From Deferribacterales bacterium (GTDB taxonomy: Bacteria > Chrysiogenota > Deferribacteres > Deferribacterales > Geovibrionaceae): DNA of 64,000 bases. The stretch spans positions 32,001-96,000 of the forward strand of contig JBFWMA010000002.1 in assembly GCA_050251875.1 (NCBI GenBank), in the 5' to 3' direction. Below, one piece after another: positions 58,243 to 64,000 of this stretch (its first letter is position 1; each line of letters opens with the position of its first letter). The notes under the pieces were generated by a model, which worked only from the letters and a program-made list of their open reading frames with translations, was not told where the DNA came from and did no database searches. The position numbers were made by a program, and so were the translations under genes.

Positions 58243-59252
58243 GCCAGACCTTTTACCACTTTTACCAGATAGTCCACATTCTCAACCGGTGTGGTTGGCA
58301 GGATGCCGTGACCCAGATTGAATATGTGTCCTTTCAGAGTTCTTCCCTCAGCCAGAATTTTTTCCGCCTGCTCTTTTATGGCTTCTTTAGAACCGAAGAG
58401 CAGAACCGGGTCAAAATTTCCCTGAAGAACGAATTTTCCTTTGCCCAGCTTAGCGTCAGCGTCCACCAGCTTTGTTTTCCAGTCAACGCCCATTCCGGCG
58501 CATTTCAGCTTTCCTATGGTGTCGTAAAAGCTGTAGCTGTCTTTGGCGAAATATATCAGCGGGGCGCCTTTCAGGCTGTTCGCTATTTCATCCACATAAG
58601 GGAATACGAATTTTTCGTAGTCATAGGGAGACAGGATGCCTGCCCATGTGTCGAACATCTGGGCGACATGGGCGCCTGCGTCTATCTGCGCCTGAAGATA
58701 TTTTATGGTTGATGCTGTCAGTTTTTCCATCAGCACGGCATATGCCTTGGGCTCTGTGTGCATCATTATTTTGATATGCTCGAAGTTTTTGGAGCCTTTA
58801 CCCTCCACCATGTAACAGGCGAGGGTGAAAGGAGCGCCCGAAAAGCCTATGAGAGGCACGTCCAGCGCCTTCACCAGCATCTTCACAGTCTCCATCACGA
58901 ACGGAACGTCTTTATACGGATCAATGACCCTCAGTTTATCCGCCTCCGCAAGGGTTCTGACGGGGTTCGCTATCACGGGAGCGGGGTTGAAATCCAGATT
59001 GATGCCCATGGGTTCCACAGGAATCAGGATGTCTGAAAAGAGTATGGCGTTGTCAAAACCAAACGCCCTGATGGGCTGAAGCGTAACTTCGGTGCACAGT
59101 TCCGGTGATTTGCAAAGCTCCAGAAAGGTCACTTTGCTGCGCACTTCCCTATATTCCTTCATATATCTTCCCGCCTGGCGCATGAACCACACGGGCGGTC
59201 TGTCGGTCTTTTCACCGTTTAAAGTTCTTAAGAGCAGGTCGTTGAAAGCCAT
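58239..59252 (-). CDS. hemE: Uroporphyrinogen decarboxylase
   Basis: PVWFMRQAGRY, FSDIL, LQGN, NLGHG; start moved to ATG 59252. Confidence 0.97.
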   Translation of the reverse strand: MAFNDLLLRTLNGEKTDRPPVWFMRQAGRYMKEYREVRSKVTFLELCKSPELCTEVTLQPIRAFGFDNAILFSDILIPVEPMGINLDFNPAPVIANPVRTLAEADKLRVIDPYKDVPFVMETVKMLVKALDVPLIGFSGAPFTLACYMVEGKGSKNFEHIKIMMHTEPKAYAVLMEKLTASTIKYLQAQIDAGAHVAQMFDTWAGILSPYDYEKFVFPYVDEIANSLKGAPLIYFAKDSYSFYDTIGKLKCAGMGVDWKTKLVDADAKLGKGKFVLQGNFDPVLLFGSKEAIKEQAEKILAEGRTLKGHIFNLGHGILPTTPVENVDYLVKVVKGLA

Positions 59253-59429
59253 ATGTTTCTCCGTCTTGTTTAATGATATATAGAAGCAAAAAAAAGTGTT
59301 GTCTGTCAAGCCGTTTTACAAAATTAACCATGTTATGAAATTATTCCCTATTAAAAAGGTATGTTATTCTTGCGCATTGCTCTTCGGTTTGATATTATCT
59401 GATTTCCAAAAAAATCTCATCAGAGGTAT

Positions 59430-61055
59430 ATGATGGCAAAATATAAAGTTCTCATCACTGACCACATATCTCAGGACGGAGTCGATATACTCGAAAAGGA
59501 CCCCGATATTGAGGTGGATATACAGGCCGGGATAAAAAACGCTGACCTGAAAAAAATCATCGGAAACTATGACGCTATAATAACCAGAAGCGGAACCACC
59601 GTGGACGCCGATCTGCTGGAAAACCCCGGAAAACTGAAAATAATCGGACGCGCTGGAGTGGGTCTGGATAACGTAGATATAGAAACAGCCAGTATGAAAG
59701 GGCTGATCGTGATGAACGCTCCCACCGGAAACACGCTGGCCGCCTGCGAGCTGACCATGGGCATGATGCTCTCTGTCGTGCGCAAGATTCCTGCCGCCAA
59801 CCAGTCTGTGAAATCCGGCGAATGGGACAGAAAAAAATTCATGGGTCTCCAGCTTTATAAAAAGACTCTGGCAGTCGTGGGTCTCGGACGCATCGGAAGC
59901 AACGTAGCCAAAAGATGCAAAGCCTTCGAGATGCGTGTGGTTGCCTTCGACCCCTATATCAAAAAATCAAAAGCCGAGGCGCTGGGCGTGGAGCTCTGCG
60001 ACACAATGGACGAAGCGATTTCTCAGGCTGATGTAATCACATTCCACACACCTCTGACTGACGAAACAAAGAACATGATAACTTCCAAAGAGATAGCAAA
60101 GATGAAAGACGGTGTCGTCATCATCAACTGCGCCAGAGGCGGGATAGTGAACGAGCTGGATCTGGTGGAAGCCTGCAAATCAGGCAAGGTGACAGCGGCA
60201 GGGCTCGATGTTTATGTGGCTGAGCCTCCCGTGAACCACCCCTTCTTCGATGTTCCCAACATATATCTGACTCCCCACATCGGCGCCAACACCCACGAGG
60301 GACAGTACGGCGTGGCGGTGATTATCGCCGAGCAGGTGAAAAACGCCCTGCACGGACGCTCATACAGAAACGCAGTGAACATTCCCTTCATGAAGTCTCA
60401 GCTTCCCGAAGAGATGCAGAAATATTTCGAGCTGATGGAGAGCATGGGACACCTCGCCGCTCAGGTGGTGAAGGGCAGACCCGAGACCATCGAGTTCACC
60501 ATGGTGGGACACAAGTTCGATGAGGACTTCGGCGAGAGAACCTTTGACACTCCCTTTAACTTCCAGCCTTTCTCCATTGCCGGTCTGAAAGGATTTATGG
60601 AAGTGGCTGTGAAAGAGAACGTTTCTTTCATCAATGCCCCCTATGTGGCTAAAGAGCGCAGCATAGACATCGTGGAAACAAAACAGGCTTCATTCGGAAA
60701 ATTCAACGACCTTGTAACCATCAAGGTAAAAACCGATAAAGAGGAAAAACTCCTCGGCGGAACAGTCTTCGGTGACGGAGTCGGACGTATTCTGGTTTAT
60801 GATAAATACTATCTCGACCTCATCGGCGAGGGAACATTCCTCTACTTCCAGAACATGGACAGACCCGGCATGATCGGAAAACTGGGTACGGTTCTGGGCA
60901 ACAACGGCATCAACATCGCCGATTTCGAGCTTTCCAGAGCGGAAGAGGGAACAGCCATCGGATTCGTCCGTGTGGACAGCAAGATTCCTCCCCACGTTCT
61001 CAGCGAGATTCTTGCCATTGACGGCATGAAAGAGGCAAAAACAGTTTCTCTGTAA
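59430..61055 (+). CDS. serA: D-3-phosphoglycerate dehydrogenase (ASB + ACT domains)
   Basis: GRAGVGLDNVD, GLGRIG, NCARGG, TPHIGA, DRPGMIG ACT domain. Confidence 0.95.
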   Translation: MMAKYKVLITDHISQDGVDILEKDPDIEVDIQAGIKNADLKKIIGNYDAIITRSGTTVDADLLENPGKLKIIGRAGVGLDNVDIETASMKGLIVMNAPTGNTLAACELTMGMMLSVVRKIPAANQSVKSGEWDRKKFMGLQLYKKTLAVVGLGRIGSNVAKRCKAFEMRVVAFDPYIKKSKAEALGVELCDTMDEAISQADVITFHTPLTDETKNMITSKEIAKMKDGVVIINCARGGIVNELDLVEACKSGKVTAAGLDVYVAEPPVNHPFFDVPNIYLTPHIGANTHEGQYGVAVIIAEQVKNALHGRSYRNAVNIPFMKSQLPEEMQKYFELMESMGHLAAQVVKGRPETIEFTMVGHKFDEDFGERTFDTPFNFQPFSIAGLKGFMEVAVKENVSFINAPYVAKERSIDIVETKQASFGKFNDLVTIKVKTDKEEKLLGGTVFGDGVGRILVYDKYYLDLIGEGTFLYFQNMDRPGMIGKLGTVLGNNGINIADFELSRAEEGTAIGFVRVDSKIPPHVLSEILAIDGMKEAKTVSL

Positions 61056-61056
61056 T

Positions 61057-61452
61057 ATGGATACCATCAGTATAAAGACTTCAGCCCGCTGTCAGTTTGT
61101 GGACATATCAGCCGATATCGTCCGCAGGCTGACGGCCAACGGCTGGCAGGACGGAATACTTCTCGTATATACCCCGCACACCACATCAGCCATCACCATC
61201 AACGAAAACGCCGACCCGGACGTTCAGACGGACATGAACTCTTTTCTGTCTAAGCTGATTCCCGCCATGAAAGAATTCCGGCACTCAGAAGGCAATTCCG
61301 ACAGCCATATAAAATCTTCGCTCGTGGGAGCGTCAGAGATGATTATAGTGGAAAACGGCAGACCGATACTGGGTACATGGCAGGGGATATATTTCTGTGA
61401 GTTTGACGGACCCCGAAGCAGAAAGGTTTTTCTGAAGTTTATCCCGTCATGA
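61057..61452 (+). CDS. yjbQ: YjbQ/UPF0047 protein
   Basis: HTTSAITINENADPDV, HSEGNSDSHIKS, GTWQGIYFCEFDG. Confidence 0.92.
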   Translation: MDTISIKTSARCQFVDISADIVRRLTANGWQDGILLVYTPHTTSAITINENADPDVQTDMNSFLSKLIPAMKEFRHSEGNSDSHIKSSLVGASEMIIVENGRPILGTWQGIYFCEFDGPRSRKVFLKFIPS

Positions 61453-62213
61453 ATACTTTTATTAATTTTCAAGTTCCTGATAAGTCGAGCAAAAGCCAGA
61501 TAGCCAGAGTCGCTACAGAAAAATGGGTTTATGAAAATGGATTTTGTGCAAATTGTCTTTGTAGTCTAGATAAATTTCCAAATAATAAGCCTGTTGCTGA
61601 TTTCTTCTGCCCTGAATGCGGGAATCAATTTGAACTTAAGTCTAAAAGAAATAGCTTTGGTAATAAAATCACTGACGGCGCATATGAGTCGATGATTTCA
61701 AGAATTAATGCATCAGATAATCCAAATTTCTTCTTCATGTCGTACGACATGACTAATATGACTGTCAATGACTACATACTAATACCTAAACATATTTTTG
61801 ATATAAATATTATTGAACGCAGAAAACCACTTTGCAAAACTGCAAAACGTGCTGGTTGGGTTGGCTGTAATATCTTATTTAATATGATTCCTGAATATAC
61901 AAAAATATATTATATTAAGAAGGGGATAGCTCAGGACAAAATAGATATTCATAAACGATGGGGTCAATTGACTTTTTTCAAAACTGAAGAGGGTGTCCAA
62001 TATAAAGGATGGTTACTGGACATAATATTGTGTATTGAAATGTTAAAAAGGCCGCAGTTTACTCTTGATGAAGTTTATCATTTTGAACCATGGCTTAGTA
62101 AGCGCCACCCTGATAATAGCAATATCCATGCAAAAATCAGACAACAACTTCAAGTCCTGCGAGACAAAGGATATATTAAATTTATATCAAGAGGCAAGTA
62201 TTTGATATTATAA
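61449..62213 (+). CDS. DpnI-family methyl-directed restriction endonuclease
   Basis: SQIARVATEKW...CxxC...NNKPVADFFCPEC...ELKSK...DGAY...RAGWVGCNI...KIRQQLQVLRD winged helix; visibly AT-rich. Confidence 0.9.
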   Translation: MNTFINFQVPDKSSKSQIARVATEKWVYENGFCANCLCSLDKFPNNKPVADFFCPECGNQFELKSKRNSFGNKITDGAYESMISRINASDNPNFFFMSYDMTNMTVNDYILIPKHIFDINIIERRKPLCKTAKRAGWVGCNILFNMIPEYTKIYYIKKGIAQDKIDIHKRWGQLTFFKTEEGVQYKGWLLDIILCIEMLKRPQFTLDEVYHFEPWLSKRHPDNSNIHAKIRQQLQVLRDKGYIKFISRGKYLIL

Positions 62214-62218
62214 GGTCT

Positions 62219-63169
62219 TTAACCGCAGACGTCCTCTCCTGTGAGGATGGTTGTTTTGTTTCTGCCTGTGGACTTGCTGAGATACAGCGCCTTGTCAGAT
62301 ATTCCCACCATAAACTCGACATCTTTATAACAGTGATGATAGGGTGTTATCCCTGCGCTGAAAGTGATCTTAAAGCAGTCTTTGTCGCTGTTGAAGACTG
62401 TTTCGGACAGTTTTGTCCTGATCCTCTCGATAGCCATCACTGAGTGCTCCAGATCTGTTTCTGTGAAGATAACGGCAAATTCCTCTCCGCCGTATCTGGC
62501 AGCTATATCTGTTGTTCTGATGGAATCTTTTATGATAGCGGCGAAGGTTTTCAGAACCTCATCGCCTTTAAGGTGTCCGTAGTTGTCATTCACTTTCTTA
62601 AAGAAATCCAGGTCGAAGAGAGCCAGACAGAACATGTTGTTGTATCTTTCTGAGCGGATTATCTCCTCTTTCAGTTTGTCTTTGAAGAATGAGTGGTTAT
62701 AGAGCAGGGTCAGACCGTCTTTCTTAGCCATCTGCTCCAGAAATTCGTTCTGTTCCAGAACGTTGGTAGAGGCGAAAGCCAGCTCGAAGATGGTGGATTC
62801 GAGCTCTTCGGATTTTATTTCCAGCTCTCTCTTCATATCTTTGTGCTGTCTGAGAGTGTTGAAGCGGATCTCCATCTCGCTCGCCGGGTCGCTCTTCAGC
62901 ATGAATACGAAGTAGTATTTCTGCGAAAGCGTCAATAGCAGCGAGTCGTGGAACTCGTCAGATATGAACAGAAAAAAGTTATTTGTTTTCAGAAGCTCTT
63001 CAATCCTGCCGATATTGTCAGTGCTTAGGAGCTCATAAAGGATTATCTCGTGATTTTTATCGAGAATATCCTCATAAGAGAGCAGCTCAACTCTTTCGAA
63101 AAGACTTTCAACGTGTGTTTTAGTATCTTCTGTTTTTACTCTGGCAAATATTTCTGCTTTAATCGGCAT
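62219..63169 (-). CDS. GGDEF diguanylate cyclase
   Basis: [23 protein letters not shown]-site, RYGGEEF, KSTGRN. Confidence 0.93.
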   Translation of the reverse strand: MPIKAEIFARVKTEDTKTHVESLFERVELLSYEDILDKNHEIILYELLSTDNIGRIEELLKTNNFFLFISDEFHDSLLLTLSQKYYFVFMLKSDPASEMEIRFNTLRQHKDMKRELEIKSEELESTIFELAFASTNVLEQNEFLEQMAKKDGLTLLYNHSFFKDKLKEEIIRSERYNNMFCLALFDLDFFKKVNDNYGHLKGDEVLKTFAAIIKDSIRTTDIAARYGGEEFAVIFTETDLEHSVMAIERIRTKLSETVFNSDKDCFKITFSAGITPYHHCYKDVEFMVGISDKALYLSKSTGRNKTTILTGEDVCG

Positions 63170-64000
63170 CCTCTGGCCTCATATGTGGAAATAAAACTAC
63201 ATCCCTGATAGAAGGGCTGTTGGTGAACAGCATCACAAGCCTGTCTATGCCCAGTCCGGCACCGGCGGTGGGGGGCAGACCATATTCCAGAGCCCGGATA
63301 TAGTCGGTGTCCATCATGCACGCCTCCTCGTCTCCTGCCTCTTTTGCCGCGACCTGTTTTTCAAATCGCTCCTTCTGATCTATAGGATCGTTCAATTCAT
63401 TGAATCCATTAGCCAGCTCAAAACCGCCGACAAACAGTTCAAACCTTTCTGTTGTTTCCGGGTCGTCTTTTTTCGATTTCGCCAAAGGTGATACTTCTTT
63501 GGGATAATCTATAATAAATGTGGGGTTGATGAGCTTGTGCTCAACCAGCTCCTCAAAAATCTCCATGATGATCTTGCCTTTGCCCCATTCTTTCATGACG
63601 TTGATGCCGATCTTTTCGGCAACGGCGCAGGCTTTCTCCCTGTCTGTCAGTTCTTCGCCTTTGACATTGGAGTAGGCTGAAATAGCCTCCTGCATTGTCA
63701 TTCTTGCCCAGGGTCCCTTCATGCTGATGGTGTTTCCGTTGAACTCCACTTCGAGTTTACCATAGAGTTTTTCAGAAATCTGCTGAAGCATTTCCTCTAT
63801 CATATCCATCAGCCCGTGATAATCGTTATACGCATTATACCACTCAATCATGGTAAATTCAGGATTATGTCGGGTTGAGAGTCCCTCATTGCGGAAATTT
63901 CTGTTTATTTCGAAAATACGTTCAAATCCGCCTATCACCAGACGCTTCAGATAGAGCTCCGGAGCGATACGCAGGTACAGGGGCATATCGAGAGCATTGT
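63159..64000 (-). CDS. lysS: Lysine--tRNA ligase class II (5' part outside the window)
   Basis: [33 protein letters not shown]. Confidence 0.97.
   Translation of the reverse strand, partial: NALDMPLYLRIAPELYLKRLVIGGFERIFEINRNFRNEGLSTRHNPEFTMIEWYNAYNDYHGLMDMIEEMLQQISEKLYGKLEVEFNGNTISMKGPWARMTMQEAISAYSNVKGEELTDREKACAVAEKIGINVMKEWGKGKIIMEIFEELVEHKLINPTFIIDYPKEVSPLAKSKKDDPETTERFELFVGGFELANGFNELNDPIDQKERFEKQVAAKEAGDEEACMMDTDYIRALEYGLPPTAGAGLGIDRLVMLFTNSPSIRDVVLFPHMRPEDAD

Noticed and set aside
1..64000. tRNA, rRNA, IS transposase, integrase or prophage genes
   Set aside because: None recognised in the intergenic gaps or the ORF track; a tRNAscan/Infernal run would be needed for certainty.

Overview
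A gene-dense bacterial chromosomal window. The gene set and order resemble an anaerobic, respiring Gram-negative organism such as Deferribacterota; this is inference only. The left ~29 kb is accessory-like. It holds a type I secretion operon, an M23 peptidase, two LysR regulators, and a 7TM histidine kinase with a NarL-type regulator. These are followed by a duplicated promoter module, a tandem DUF1566-like lipoprotein, a three-gene operon of unknown exported proteins, an RTX-repeat protein and a CHASE/PAS kinase. Next come a split-Soret-like cytochrome c/cytochrome b pair and a sigma54/XylR-type operon (Tat flavoprotein, multiheme cytochrome, SphA-type porin). The right ~35 kb is mostly housekeeping: rlmL-like, helicase-exonuclease fusion, phoU-phoB-phoR-Na/Pi, sfsA, holA-lptE-leuS, birA-coaX-rodZ, nifS-nifU, ubiX/ubiA, hemH/hemE, serA and lysS, plus an AT-rich orphan DpnI-family nuclease. 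Most notable: (1) a dispersed ~140-bp structured repeat with compensatory base changes and CA(N)GGAYG hairpin loops like CsrA sites; (2) a duplicated promoter whose first copy drives a ~125-nt apparently non-coding transcript; (3) an Acs homolog lacking its catalytic motifs, coupled to a CBS protein; (4) a probable aromatic-compound reductase operon. No rRNA, tRNA, CRISPR array, transposase or reverse transcriptase was seen. All calls come from motif recognition by eye; no searches were run.
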